Positions 1 through 13,929 of a stretch of 64,000 nucleotides of DNA are shown here, piece after piece. Location of the stretch: assembly GCA_951406725.2 (NCBI GenBank), contig OX597814.1, positions 203,670,001-203,734,000 of the forward strand. Direction: 5' to 3'. Position 1 is the first letter of the stretch. Every line of letters starts with the position of its first letter. The position numbers were made by a program, and so were the translations under genes. The notes under the pieces were generated by a model. The model made no database searches. It was given only the letters and a program-made list of their open reading frames with translations, and had not been told where the DNA came from. This stretch comes from Octopus vulgaris (taxonomy: Eukaryota).

Positions 1-1208
1 TGATGGTGTGAAGTGGAAAATGAATTTTTTTTTGAAATTGTCATTATATAGTTTTCTTTGCATGAGTAAATCAATAATCTTAAGAGCATCCTTTCAGTTC
101 TGTTGCAAAAATTATAGTTTTTATATAATGCCTTAACAATTTTTCTTTTTCTTTGAGGGTGGTGGATGGTAGGCTTAGTAGAACACCAGACAAGATAGCA
201 TGTGGAGTGGGGTATTTTGCCATGTCCATTTACATTATGAGTTCAAATTCTGCCCAAGTCAGCTTTGTCATCCTCAAGGGATGAAAAACAGTCATATACT
301 GAGATTCAGTTTAATCAAACATGCTCCCTGTAAATTTATGGCCTTGTGCTAATGCAAGAAATCCATACTTTTTCTTTCTTAAATGTATCATTATCTCTTA
401 AAAATAAATTTCCAGTCACAGTTATCAAATTAGAATGTTCCTATTGTTGATGGCTGCAATATGCTTTTTACTTTGGATTTTTTATAATTCATTGATGAAA
501 ACAAGGGAACAGTTTGTACCTCACTTCCCTTGTTTTGGACAACTTGCATTTAAAACCCCCAAAGTTACAACAAATACTAGTCTCACATTCTCTGACCTTT
601 CTGAAGATTAGGTACATAGGAGTCCAGATCAACTTAACCTTTCATCTGTCAGTAAAATAAGTAGTTGTATTTCTGTTTGGGTAAAGTTTGGCATTGGAAT
701 GGTGTGCATTCTGATTTTTAAGGCCAACTTATGAAGACGAAGTCTTTTGACTGACCACATATCAAATAGTTTTTTCTTTGATAAATATTTGTGTGTCTTA
801 GGATCCTTGAATATTTGTGAATATTTCAAAACATTTTATCATATTTAAATTTGGTATGGTATAGAAATATTGAATGAAATGTTAAATGAAACTAAGTTGA
901 AAATATTTTTGCACAAAATGTTTTAAAAGCAAAAATATACATAAAAAAAATGTTGTGTAAATAATTTCTTCCTGGTTGTCAAACTAACACCATGCATATT
1001 TGTAGTCTTTGTGTGAGCTAAGAGGCTTTTTCAATCTAGCCATAAGTTATTCATTTTCAATGTCACAATGACCAGATTGAGAACTTTAAAAAACTGCAAT
1101 TTAATTTATGCACTGTGTTGTTGAGAACATGTAAGAATACCTTTTGAATTCCATTTCACAGCAAGATGAAATATGTCAAGCATTTCAATATTCTTTGGTG
1201 TACTTATA

Positions 1209-1256
<48 letters not shown>

Positions 1257-1555
1257 GTTGTAGATCATTATGACTACCTTTTAATTCTACATACTTCTTG
1301 TCTGAATTAATATATGAAACAATCTTAATGTAATATCTGAATTTAAATTGATATTTCTGTTAGGTCTATCATAATCTAACTGAAAAGGAAAGATATAAAA
1401 CAGTTTCCTGTAAGATTGGTAACCTACAAGCTATTTAATAACATTTCAAGATACAGTTTTGTAATGGTGTAGACTTGTGTCTGGACTTTATTTTACATTC
1501 TATGCTAAAAGTTTGACAGCATTGACCTGTACTCAAAAAGAACTATTTATATGAT

Positions 1556-1900
1556 AGGTACAGGAACGGCTGTGTGGTAAGAAACTTGTTTCCCAACCAC
1601 ATGGTTCTGGGTTCAATCCCACTGTGTGGTGTCATGGGCAGGTGTCTTCTACTATAGCCCTGGGCGAATCAAAGCCTTGTGAGTGGATTTGGTAGACAGA
1701 AACTGAAAGAAACCCGGTGTGTGTTTGTGTCTGTGTTTGTCCTCCCACCATTGCTTGACAACCGATGTTGGTGTGGTTTGACAAAAGATACTGATAGAAT
1801 AAGCATTAGGCTTGCAAAGAATAAGTCCTGGGGTCAATTTGTTCGACTGAAGGTGGTGCTCCAGCATGGCTGCAGTCAAATGACTGAAACAATTAAAAGA
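1556..1900 (+). mobile_element. SINE family A (tRNA-like head, CORE-like block, (TG/TA)n, unique tail)
   Basis: A-box-like ggctgtgtggtaag, B-box-like gggttcaatccc, then catgggcaggtgtcttctactatagcc; matches the copies at 59905-60338 and 62193-62575. Confidence 0.85.
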
Positions 1901-1996
1901 ATACTTAAATCATCTTAAAAAGCATTCAATTAGTTATGGGAAAAATATCTGAAATATCGCATCTACTTGATACTGCAGGTTGTTTGTTGATAATGA

Positions 1997-2150
1997 AGGC
2001 ATGTAGTGCAGTAATTAGGGTGTTTAGCTCCCGATCGTAAGGTTGTGAGTTTGATTCCTGACAGTGCATTATGTCCTTGAGCAAGACACTTATTTCATGC
2101 TGCTCCAGTCTACTCAGCTGGCAAAAATTAGTTGTACCTGTATTTCAAAG
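1997..2150 (+). mobile_element. SINE family E (tRNA-like head, CORE-like tgtccttgagcaagacact block)
   Basis: B-box-like gtttgattcc followed by tgtccttgagcaagacact; relatives at 19300-19445(-) and 50085-50290(+). Confidence 0.6.
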
Positions 2151-3099
2151 CAGTAGAGTGCCAGTGTTTGTTGATATGAAGAGAGGTGAACTGTCTTGAA
2201 TTTTCTGAATGAATGATCAGTACATTTAATTGAAGTTAATGTTTAGACTGTAATGTTTTACTGGTTATGAGCAGCACAGATATTTAAGGTAGTTCCAAAG
2301 ATGTTCTATGTGGAATAGAAGTATTGGGCAAATTGTTTATGATGCAGTCACATAGACATTATAAGATTTATTAATACAAACTCAGGGGTATTAAGTGATT
2401 TGAGTGATACCTGTATGAAGTTTAAAATAGAAGATACCATGATGGAGTTGTTACAGCATCAGATAAAATGTCTTGTGATATTTGTTCTGAATCCTTGAGC
2501 AATGGATTGGCAAATTTGTATGAACATCAAACTGTATGCCTTGCAGTAATTTGTTCCAGCTGTTTGCATTCTAAGGACAAAATTGCACCACAGCTTACTT
2601 GATTGGTAGACTTAATCCATTGCCTGGCTTAACACCTTCACTACTTAGCACCTTGAGTGCCCTGAATGAAGTTAACTTGTTTCAAGCATTTGGATCAAAT
2701 CTCCAGTTCAAGGATACCTTTCTCCCTCCCTCCCTCCCACTGGTTTGAGAAGTCCTGTACAGAGCCATGAACACTGCTTTCACTCTTGATAAAAGGTAAG
2801 AGAAGCAAAAAATAAAAATAATAAAAAGAGGAAGTGATCTTCAGAATGGACTAACAGTTTGAGAGTATTTATCAGCTTTTTTGTGGCTGTGTTATGATAT
2901 TAATATGTAGGTCTCTCTTATGTGTACAACCTTTCAGACATACAAGAAGTACTCAATTGTGTGTCATGTTATGTCTTAAAATGGTTTAATAACAGTTGAA
3001 AAAAAAAAAAATAATAACTGAAGTATTTTTTATCCCCAGAGAAAAACCCAGCCTCTTTTATGCACTTCTAACTATGTTGTAGATGTAGTTGCTTCTGTA

Positions 3100-4130
3100 A
3101 GTATTGTTAGATTTTGGCCACAATTAGTTGACATTAAATGTAACCCACTTAAGTAGAATGTTATGACCTATAATTCAGAAAAGACAGTTGGATGAGCTCA
3201 AGGATCAATTTATTTGAGCAGTAGATATTATAGCTCATAAAACTATAATAGATGAGTTACAGGCTTGGAAAGACTTTGATAAAAGTGTGTAGAATAAAGA
3301 AATGCTAGAATGTTTGGTAGAAAAGTTTAACTTTGCTAAGGGAGAGGTTTGGTATTGTTTTGTACTGTAGGGATATAAAGGGTATTGTTTTGTGCTACAA
3401 GTATTTCATATTGCAAAAACTATCATTAAGTTCATAATGACATTAGCAGACTTGTTTTTCATAATGATAAAAGGAAGGGTTTGAGAGTTTGTTAAGCAAG
3501 GAATATGACTGTAATAGGAGATGCAACCCCAGTGGTACAAACAGAGGGGCCATGTGTAGAGATTAGCATGGGTCTATTTAGAAACAATATATGTTTAATA
3601 AATGTTCAAAAATTGGTTTAACTTTTACAACAGTCACCATGGTCTGTATTCCAGTCACAAAATCATCATGGAGAGAAAGCACAGCATATAATGCAAATAG
3701 TATTCTGTTAATAAAGGGTAAGGATCATGATGTTTGGGCTGGCTGCTAAGAAAGACATGTTATTGACTGATTCATGAGAGCAGTTCCTATATGAATTGAC
3801 ATACTGTAAGCATGATCTGGATTGGTAACCAGTTTAGTGTCTAGGTGGGTATTAACCAGAGCCCTGATCATAGCTCACATCACTTCATTATGATCTTTGA
3901 AGCAAATAACACAAGGACTGAGAGTCTTTGAAAATGTTTAAATGCTAATCATCTTCCTTTTGAAGAAACTACTAGAGACTGGCAGAAAACCTATATCAAA
4001 AAGAGTGGTTCTAATCAAGTTTTAAATAAATATTATTGGTTGCAGAGAATGCTAACAAACACTGGAACTGCTTTTGTTTAATGTATGTTCTGTTAGTGGA
4101 TTGCCATGATAAATGACCTGGTTCACTGTC
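3100..4130 (+). mobile_element. Very old RTE-like LINE remnant
   Basis: Purine-rich, with degraded motifs resembling YADDL (atgctaatcatctt, ~3942) and W..L..KG (~3980); no intact frame. Confidence 0.35.
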
Positions 4131-4350
4131 TTGAAGACAAATTGATTCATAATTTTGTACATCTCACTGCCACCCTCCTCAAAAAATAACCATTAAGATC
4201 TCAAATATATAATATGAATTTCAAAAGAAATGGGTTCAATCTTGTATTGTTATTTGTAATGTTTTGTAACAAAGAAATATGTATCTGTATTTAGTTTGCA
4301 AGATTCTTGATGTGAATTTGTCTGTGGAAACAAATTTTGTTTTGTCTTAG

Positions 4351-4652
4351 GAGAGTCATTACACCAATAATCCGTACACATGCACAGGTTCATTTCTATT
4401 TCTTTATTGTTAGTCTATTGGTGAAATATCTAACCAACTAACTAATCAGTCGTTTGTTTGATGTGTTAATTCTCAGACAGAAAAAAACAGGCAAAAGAAC
4501 TTTGATGGACAAACAAACAACTGATTGATTGTTTAACCAACATGTTAAACAAATGATTGATGAGTTAGTTGGTTGGATATTTAACCAATTGTATAAAAAT
4601 AAAGAAGTAGAAATGAACTTGTGCATGAGTTATTATTGGTGTAATGACTCTC
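4351..4652. mobile_element. Fold-back MITE with long inverted arms
   Basis: Perfect 21-bp TIR gagagtcattacaccaataat (4351-4371 / 4632-4652), with imperfect complementarity continuing ~115 bp inward. Confidence 0.85.
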
Positions 4653-5029
4653 AATGCACAACAAAATCTGTGTAAGTAAAGGTGTTAAAAATTACTGACT
4701 CTTATCTGATTCCAAATCCTGACACTGTTAAGGCATTACACTACTTCAGTGTTCTTTGATGATGAACTATTTGAATTTTTGGAATCAATACTTACCCATA
4801 ATATTGCTCTCAGTAAATCATAGTTTAATACCTGTTTTCCATGCTGGCATGGGTTGGATGGTTTAACAAGAGTTGGCCAACTGAAGAGCTGCCCAGGCTC
4901 TGTGACTGTTTTGTAAATATTTCATGAAATTGTGAAAAATAGATACTGGGTAGGGGGATTAGTGAATTGATATTTTAGTGTATGTAATTGTTATGGTGTA
5001 ACTTCTTAATTTTCCCCACTATCTTCATT

Positions 5030-5243
5030 CTTTAACTTAAATTGTGTGATATCGATCCATCCAAAACCACCCTTGCTTTTATGATACAAACTTCCTGTTT
5101 TAAAGTTATCCAAATTAAAACCTATTAAAATTTCATGTTATGTTTCAAACACCAACTTAATAACTTATTTTACTAAATTCTTCATTATTTTCAAAACCAA
5201 TTGAAGCAATATTTCGACAGAAATATGGGAACAAAAGGGTTAA
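5030..5243. mobile_element. Second TTAA-ended MITE family
   Basis: Ends aacaaaagggTTAA; body tttactaaattcttcattat...aattgaa is shared with a split copy at 29893-30017 plus 31153-31245. Confidence 0.6.
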
Positions 5244-6257
5244 TTGATTTCATGTTTTTGTTTTGTCATTTCATCTGATTTTCATATTTCTTATTACTAT
5301 CATATCTACAATAAAATTTTAAACGAATAATTTTTTTCACTAAATCCTGTTAGATATCTCCCCTAATTCTATTAATTTGCAACACTTTTTCACAATAGCT
5401 TTGGGACCCAAAGATATAGCTCTCTCTTTTATTAAAAGTATTCTTGGTTCCTAATTTCCATTAATTCTCACCTTAAGAAAATGAACATTATAGATTGTAT
5501 AATATTTTTGATTTTCACATTTACCAATTTATCATTATGCTCCCATTCTTACACAATACGAAGTGTTTAATAGTTACAACTAAACTTCAAATTTCAGGTT
5601 TTTTTGTTTTTTTTAGTGAAATAAGTTCACATGCTGAAAAGCAAAAAAAAAAAAGCAAAGAAAATCTAGAAAGAAGAAAAAAATTCTGTCCTGTATCACC
5701 CCCCACTGTTTCCATTAGTTACTGATTACTGCAGTAGTAAGTAGCTTTAGATGTGATAAATGGGTAGGGAAGGTCAACAGTCTTAATGGTCTGTGTGCTT
5801 ATTTAACAAATAACATCAGCAGCATTAAATGACTCTAGCTCTATCTAGCAACACTACCACCATCAGCCCTTCACAAAGCTTAGACACATGGTAGCTAACT
5901 GGCAGCCAGCTGGGACAGAGACTATTTTTTTTTTTTTTTGAAAATATCTAACAGTTCTATAACATCTCAAAAGGATGTAACCATTCCTATGTAGCATCGG
6001 TGTTAATATCTAATATTTACAGTGAAATGATTTTCAGTCACGCCCAGTGTTATCTTCCATTGTTTATGTGAATTTCCAAAGCCTGTAAGTTAATGTTGAC
6101 TCATTTTGTTGTTCTTCCAGGATGTAGCAGTGTTGTGAACTGTGATTGTTAGCTTGTTTTAATGTTTATAACCTGTTTAATTTTCAACACTTGTGGGAAT
6201 ATAATCCGTAATCCGTAAGCAAGATATGTATATGTATGTGTGCATACAAAATATGTA

Positions 6258-6311
<54 letters not shown>

Positions 6312-8131
6312 GATTTTGAATATGCTTTCTAAATTTGTAAATGAAATATTCAACTTGTTTGATTTTTTGTTTGTTTTGTTTTACAAATAATTTCTTTAAC
6401 TTTGTTCATTATCTGTTATTTTGGAGAAAAGCAATCAGATATACGCTGATGAAATTTATTTCAACCTTATTCTAGATTCTTTCACTTTGCTAAAAAACAG
6501 TAATTGAAAAAAAAAATTCTAAGCTTTCTTTCAGTTTAGTGTGCAATATTTTTTCAGAAACAATTTTAGTTTATTCTAACTTGAGGATAAAACTTTAATC
6601 TCTTGTTGCAATTTTTATAGTTGAGAAAACATTTCCTCTTTATTTAAAGAAATAAAAATGCTTGTATTTACTTTGTGTTTATCCATTACGTTAAAGATTT
6701 TAATTTATGTTCTGGAATAGGAGAAATATTCTTTAGAAATTTATGCCTTTAAGTGATAGTGTTATAAACACACATGCATGTGCGAACTCAGTTTTATTTA
6801 AGAGTTTTCAAATGCTGTAATATAAATCAAGCACTTGTATTCATTTACTCAAATAATTTTATTTCATATTAAAATATGAAAATAAAACCTAAGTGATTAT
6901 GTAAATTCTAAAACAAATGAATTTGATGTTAAGTTGTTATTCCTTTCATTGACATGTTGTTTAGAATTTGTATTTTCATGTAGATTTGTAGGGATTAAAG
7001 TATGACTGTTTTCTCTTATCTACTATTTTCCTGTACTCTAACTTTACTTAATGTAAACCAGAAGCAAAGATTTTATAACTGGATAGCTTTCCTAAATCCA
7101 ACCCCACATTGTATGCGTGTGTTTGTGTGTGCATACAAAAGAAGTGAAAGAGACTCATAAAATAAATATATAATCTTAATCTACTCACTTACTACATAAA
7201 TCAGATATGTTAGATATGTATAAATAATATACAATAATATCCAAAATACAACAAATTCTTAACATAACTACATGGAATTATTTTATTAAATAATTAACAA
7301 TCAGGTGATATAATAATTACATAAATTCTGATACATGAACTCAGCAGACCTATGATTAAGGATATTCCAATTATGACCATTCCATCTTTTGGTAAGACAT
7401 AGGTTGTATAGAGGCTAATTTTCCAGTGTGTCCTTCACTGTTGTGATTCGAGGGGTTTTTTGTCTGTTTCTTGCAAGTCATGACAATATGATTCATACAT
7501 CATATGAGATACTTGATGTGTCATAAATCTGTCCAGCTCAGACCACCTCTGAAAAATGATCTTAATCCAGTATTGTATTTACATTTGTAACTAGAATGTT
7601 ATTAAAGAGACAACTGAATCCATAAAAAATGTTTTCGTGTTAAAAAAGAAAAAAGAACCAAAAAGATATTGTCTGTTACCAAATATTTCTTTGGATCAAT
7701 ATTTAATCAAAATTTATTTGAAAGATAATTAAGAACTAATTGGAAAACATATTCATTTCAATTTTCAAACATTATTGTCTATTCTATGAAAGAAAGTAGT
7801 GTGTGCTTTTTTCCCCCCTGTCTCCAAAGAAGACTAGTCTTTGGGATAGAAATTTAGCTGTTATATGAGACTTAACATTTGTAACAATGACTTTGAGGGT
7901 CTTAGCTATAATTTGTTTAAGATTTTTTTTCTTTTTTTTTTGTGTTGTGGAAACAAAGTAGTTTCTTGTCTTTATTAGAGGATATATTTGAATGGTCTGT
8001 GTTCATGGAAGCAGTACAGGTTTGGCATAAAGCATTTAACTTGCAGGTAGATGATAGCTGGATTCAGAAAGTTAAGATAGAACAGTAAGTGACACCAGCC
8101 ACATTGGTGTGGGCATTGTCAGGTGTGACAG

Positions 8132-9113
8132 CAGGGCTGTGGAGTTGGTGTACCAAACCTTCAACTCTGATTTTAGCTCCTCTGTTTGTAATTAGATTAA
8201 TCATTTATTGATTTAAAACACACAATATGTACTTTTAGTGCCCTAACCTGTTAACGCTTGGGTTTAAAGGCTACTGCTGTTGTGGTTTATTTATTAAAGC
8301 AGTTACAGACAAGCACAAAGCAAAATAAAAAAAACCCAAAAAAAACCCACTGTTTTTATCAAAAGGCTAAAAAAAAAAAAAAAACTGTTGAAGATTTTTA
8401 TTTACCAGTTCAAAAATCTAAACTACATCAAAGTTAAAATGAAATGACTTAACACTTAAAGCAATTTAACCATTGACCTTTTTGAAAACAAAATAATTTC
8501 AATTAGATATGTAGCCCTTCCAATTCAGAATTAAAGCATTGTTTAAATATATAATTTAAGTGAATTTAACATGAAGAGTAACATTAAATGAAATAATTAT
8601 TTTATAAAATATTGACAAGTTTATTAAAGACATATCTATAAAATAAGGATTAAATCACCAATCCATATCTAAAATTTACTGTCTTGTTCTTAGAAATAGA
8701 ACCACTTTTACCAGATCCATCTACATAGAAACTTTTAGCCCTCTGGCATTCAAATTACTCTGTAATGCTTATTTATTCACATCGTTTTGAATTAATCATC
8801 CATTATCTTGTACCTTTGAGATTTCTATGATGTAATTATTATTTTTAGAATGACGTTGTTGGGTAGATGTGAAAAGCTAGATCTTGTGGGTTTGAATATA
8901 GAGAATTTTTGGGCTGGATATGGCAGAATTTTTGGGCTAGATATAGCAGTTTAAATACTAAAAGGTTAAATCTAATTTATTTTTCAATGCAGTAAACAGT
9001 CCAATTATTGTGAAATTGGGAAATTTTTAACATGTTAGATTTATCATTGGAGTGAGTACATTTTTAACTTTAGTAACCCAGTAACTGCTTCCAACTCTAA
9101 CTCGACAATCCTG
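8132..9113. mobile_element. Old hAT-like non-autonomous element (contains the nested TTAA MITE)
   Basis: Ends cagggctgtggagttgg ... ccaactctaactcgacaatcctg; 8-bp flanks tgtgacag / aaagacag share 5 of 8 bases. Confidence 0.5.
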
Positions 9114-10547
9114 AAAGACAGCATGTAGATTGTTGAGGTGGGGGACTTGACCAAACCCTGCGATAGAGTTGAGAGTTGAGCAGAGGGAATAGAACAGCAT
9201 GTTGTGATGTGATCTGACAAGAAGCTTCTAATGCAAGAGATGGGATAAAAATAATTGCTTTATAATTGAAAGCAGTAGAATGATCATCTTAGAGTGGTCA
9301 TCTCCATTTTACAAATATGATCCTAAAGAGATTTTTGAATTAATCTTGACTATAAAATAAGGACTTGTAACTTTTGCATAAGGTTACAAATATTTTTGGG
9401 GTGGGTGGGGTGGGTGTGAAGTCAAACTAATGCAGAGCCTGACTCGTACATATTTTGTAGATGATTAAAACCAAATCCAGCAGGATTTCAGTTAATTATG
9501 TAAAGGGATGGAGTGAAATACTGCAAGGTATTTAACTGGCACCCTACCGTTTCTTCTACTCCACCTCCATAACCTTTAATAGAATAATGGTTGGCTATTT
9601 CTAGATTAATTTTTCCGATAAGAATATTTTAATGCATTTATATCATTCTGAATTTAATCAGATTATTCCCTCTCTCACATATACTCTTTAAAGGAAGCAT
9701 TTGTAAGATAGTTACTACATAATGTAGTATGTTGAAATAAAAATCAAATGGATTTAATTGTTTATACCAATTAAATAGCAAAAAAAAAAAAAAAAATGTA
9801 AATCCACAAAGTTGGAAAAGCTTGAAGGTAAAATGCTAAAATGTTGTTATAATCATATTCTTTAGTAATGCGTGCTTATTTGTGAGAGTTTAATTAAAAG
9901 ACAGTTTTATAAATTCAAGTATTCTGGTTTATCATGTTTATCGATATGGATTTTATCAACATAGTCCATGTTTACAGTTTTTGTGATGTTACAATACATT
10001 TACAAAGTTTGCACTTCACATTTACTGTCTTTTTCTCTTGGTTTAAGAAGAAATTTTAAATGTTTTTATTTGTTTTGAGACTTATTTGCTGATAATGTAA
10101 GACCTGGAGGAAAATTAAAAGTTTTCCTGGAATGTATCATAAACAAATTCCAAAGCCTGGTCTTCAGCGGTTGTAGCTGTGCTGGAAATAACACAACAAA
10201 TTTCATTTTCTCTCTCTCTGTCTCTCTCTCTCTCTCTCTCACAAAAATAAATAAATATGTGTTTTCCTGCTAATCCGATTTAGCCTCTTTTATCTTCCTT
10301 TAGTGTATTGCTTCTAATTTGTGTGTGGGGAGAGAGAGAGAGAGAGAGAGAGATTTTGAAACTAAAATAAAGAAATATTTTGTAAAAAGAAAACTGTTAC
10401 TGTTTAAAATCAAAATAGTGAAACATTTAGAGATAAATTGAGCCAGCAGTCAAGATGCCTGGTCATTTCTAAAAATATTTTGCTCTTAATCATTTTAAAA
10501 CACACAACTGATTGCTTAATTTTGTTTGTACTTTGTCTAAACTACAG

Positions 10548-10738
10548 TCTTCTTCTTCTTCTTCTTCTTCTTCTTCTTCTTCTTCTTCTTCTTCTTCTTC
10601 TTCTTCTTCTTCTTCTTCTTCTTCTTCTTCTTCTTCTTCTTCTTCTTCTTCTTCTTCTTCTTCTTCTTCTTCTTCTTCTTCTTCTTCTTCTTCTTCTTCT
10701 TCTTCTTCTTCTTCTTCTTCTTCTTCTTCTTCTTCTTC
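10548..10738. repeat. Pure (TTC)n/(GAA)n microsatellite, ~63 units
   Basis: Uninterrupted 191-bp trinucleotide run; it produces the poly-L/S/E/K ORFs. Confidence 0.98.
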
Positions 10739-10851
10739 ATCACAGCTGGGAAAGATGCTGGCTTCACCCTTCATTGAAAACTTTTGTAATTGACTTACAT
10801 ATACATGCATGCTATTATATATAATTGTATCACATGCAAAATATATCGCGT

Positions 10852-10892
<41 letters not shown>

Positions 10893-10979
10893 TAATTTTT
10901 TATGTATCAGAGGAGGTGAGCCATTATTTATAATTCCATATGAGATAGTTTTGTTTGACAGAGATAGTAGGATCAGGCA

Positions 10980-12010
10980 GTGATTAATATGAAAATTAGG
11001 TAGTGTTTGGTGGAATCCTATGAGAAAGAAATGAGTTCTCTTAGTGTGTCATTGCACCAGTCAGTTAACCAAACGAAGTGCAACTAAAGTTTGATACTGG
11101 GTTTAGAGAAATATACTGTATGAGTTGTGAGGTGCAGTTGGTTGGTTTGAGAGTAGTAGTTGTGCAGCAAAGGGAGCATAGTCCATGAGATATGAAGTGA
11201 ATAAAGACTATAGCTTGGTAATGAACCAGGGTATGAGGATTTTCAGTGATAAAAAGTTTATTAATCAAGCAGTTGGTTAAGTTAAATATGGGCTCAATAG
11301 GGAGTAGTGATTGATTTTAAGTGGTGTTAGTGCTGCTGTCATGCATCGATATCATAATCCTTACTGTGGTGATCTTGTGGAACATACAGCAAAGTGAGCT
11401 AGACTGTTGAGAGACATCTGCAGACTCCTCATCTTGTTGATCAATACCCTATTGACTCAGATATCTGAAGCTCTTTGATGTAAGGCATTAATGATCAATG
11501 TTATTACACATACCAGACGAGTATTGTAACATTGATGAATATCAGTTGCTGTTAGGTCTACGTTATTTGCTCTGAAGAAAAATAAACTTTGGATAATGTT
11601 AAAGGTATGAGGTTTTCAGGAGATTATTTCAGCCAGCTCTCATTCATAAATCCGAATTACACAGTGTTTTGGTATATATGGGTATTTGTGTCTGTGTGCA
11701 ATTGAGAAAATATATTGCGTCAGGTGTTTATGCATAATCTCTTTGGCTGCTGCGTTCAGTCTACATTGTTTACATCGGATCTAATTATGTAGTGCTTTTG
11801 TAGTATTTTGTTCTGTTCTGTTCTGAGATACACGGCTTAATTTTAACAACTTCAAAAAAAGAAAAAAAAAAGCTGACGTCTTCAGCTGTTGATTGAAAGA
11901 GTTAGCTTTTTCAGTCAACAGATGATCAAGTATCATTGAACACCAAAATACTGAGTCAGTGATATGGTGAATCAGTAATAAGGTAGAGGTGGTTTTTATT
12001 GTGGTCATAG
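10980..12010 (-). mobile_element. Possible decayed Penelope-like (GIY-YIG region) remnant
   Basis: Minus-strand ORFs contain HHITDSV and CSLC fragments loosely resembling PLE endonuclease regions; no complete motif. Confidence 0.25.
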
Positions 12011-12039
12011 TGAATCAAATATTGTGGAATGATCCTATC

Positions 12040-12385
12040 ATATATATATACACATACATATGTATATATGTGTGTGTATATATATATGTGTGTATATATG
12101 TATGTGTATATATGTATATATATATGTATGTGTATATATGTATGTATATATGTGTGTATATATGTATGTGTATGTATATATGTGTGTGTATATGTATGTG
12201 TGTATATATATGTATATGTGTATAAATATGTATATGTGTGTGTATATATATATATGTGTATATGTATGTGTATATATGAATGTATATATATGTATGTATA
12301 TATATATGTGTATGTATATGTGTATGTATATAACGGGAAGCTTTATGAAAATAGACAAAAGACGAAGGCAGGTGGAAAACATGCT

Positions 12386-12419
<34 letters not shown>

Positions 12420-12432
12420 TCAGTGTGTGTGT
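12040..12432. repeat. Compound (TA)/(TG)/(TATG) microsatellite
   Basis: Alternating purine-pyrimidine run with a ~55-bp repeat fragment inside. Smaller dinucleotide tracts at 1207-1252, 6258-6308, 10208-10240, 10331-10352, 10855-10893, 19078-19175 and 22962-22987. Confidence 0.95.
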
Positions 12433-13929
12433 GCATGGGTTTGCCTCCATTACATGTGTGTATGAGTAGGAGAGAGCAAGACCCTATATTGAGTTTTTGG
12501 ATTACATTCTATACTATAACTGCAGGTCAGCCAATACCAAAATTGTTAAACAGAAACTGAAGCTGCCTGTACATAACTGTGTCAAGTTTGTATTTTCTCT
12601 CATCTTTACATGTGTTCGCTGACTGTAAGCAACAATACAGGCAGTGTCCATTGCTTGTAGTCAAGTGTAAAAACCAGCTCTAGGCCTCTAGATATGTCTT
12701 CACATGTGTGATTTTTGCAGATAAACGGCTTATTCAAATGGGATTATAATTTTCCAGTTCACCACATAACCATGTCTGCACTGTTTGCTGTTTGATGAAC
12801 TAGGTGGTTATTATCTTTCTTGGAAACAGGAATGTGTTGGTAAGTGATTTTCTACACCTGGATGTAGGTGTAGAGAAAATTGATATTTTGTTTGTTTGAC
12901 ACATGCAAGCATAGAAATCATCCAGACTACAACTGTCTGTTGTGACATGGTTTCTACAGCTGGATGCCCTTCCTAATGCCAACCACTTTACAGAGTGTGT
13001 GGATGCTTTTTACGTGGCACTGGCACCTGCAAAGGACAACTTGTATGTATGGATGACAGTGATTTTATTTAGTTTGACATATCTTAAGTACAATAAATCA
13101 CCACGAATAAGGGTGTTAACACGCGCGCACACACACACACACACACAGAGGTTAAATGCACACACACACATCATCATTTACACCCTGTGTCACTTTTTGG
13201 CATGGGTTGGATGGTTTGACAGGATCTGATGTGTCCAAGGACTGTATGTACATCAACATTTTGGTATGGTTTCTATAGTTGGAAGCCAACTATTTTACAG
13301 CATGAACTGAGTGCTTTTTTTCATGTTACTTGCACTATCGAGGTCACCATGCAGCTCCTAGAACTACAAACTCTGGAAGGTAGGGTCAGCTTCATGCTTG
13401 TGGATGATGGAATTGAACTGTGAGAAGTGGTGGGGTAGTGCAGGTTCTTGTAGAGGTTCTGCATGGTAACTCACATCTAGTAGGGGAGGTGGAGAGAAAG
13501 AGAAAGTAAACAGTAGGAGCTGCCAGAGATAGACGATGGTAATGAGATGCCCATGTGGCACCACAAGGCACAAGGTGATTTGAAGATTGTATGGGCAGTA
13601 GAATGAGTGGATGGGCAGACAGATTGCCAGAATGGGTAGGGTTGAAGAGCTGACAAGCAAGGAGTTATGAGTTTGGAAAGTTAGAGGGATGCTGCAGAGA
13701 GTGGGGGTGGGGTGGCAAGCAGCAAGAGTAGTAAAGATGATTGATAGGGGAATAAGAGAGAAAGAGAGAGAGGAATGACATGGTTGGTCATCTGCAAAGA
13801 GAGAAGAGGCAGGCCTAATGCATGGAAAGTATGGTAAGTTACTGTAACATGGGTGAAGAGCATAATATAGAGCACTTCCCGAACTGTTTTGCTGAGGATA
13901 GCAAGTCTTTATGAGAATCTCATATCATT

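Noticed and set aside
2767-2801. Kozak-like ATG followed by AG|GTAAGA donor (MNTAFTLDK)
   Set aside because: Phase 2 is incompatible with the kinase exon, and there is no other support.
6121-6220. Good acceptor (ttgttcttccAG) with a possible GTAAGC donor
   Set aside because: No convincing coding frame; it cannot be told from a chance site without RNA data.
10438-10855. Poly-Leu/Ser/Glu/Lys ORFs
   Set aside because: They are translations of the (TTC)n tract.
11989-12560. Long YICVYM/HIYT-rich ORFs
   Set aside because: They are translations of the TA/TG microsatellite.
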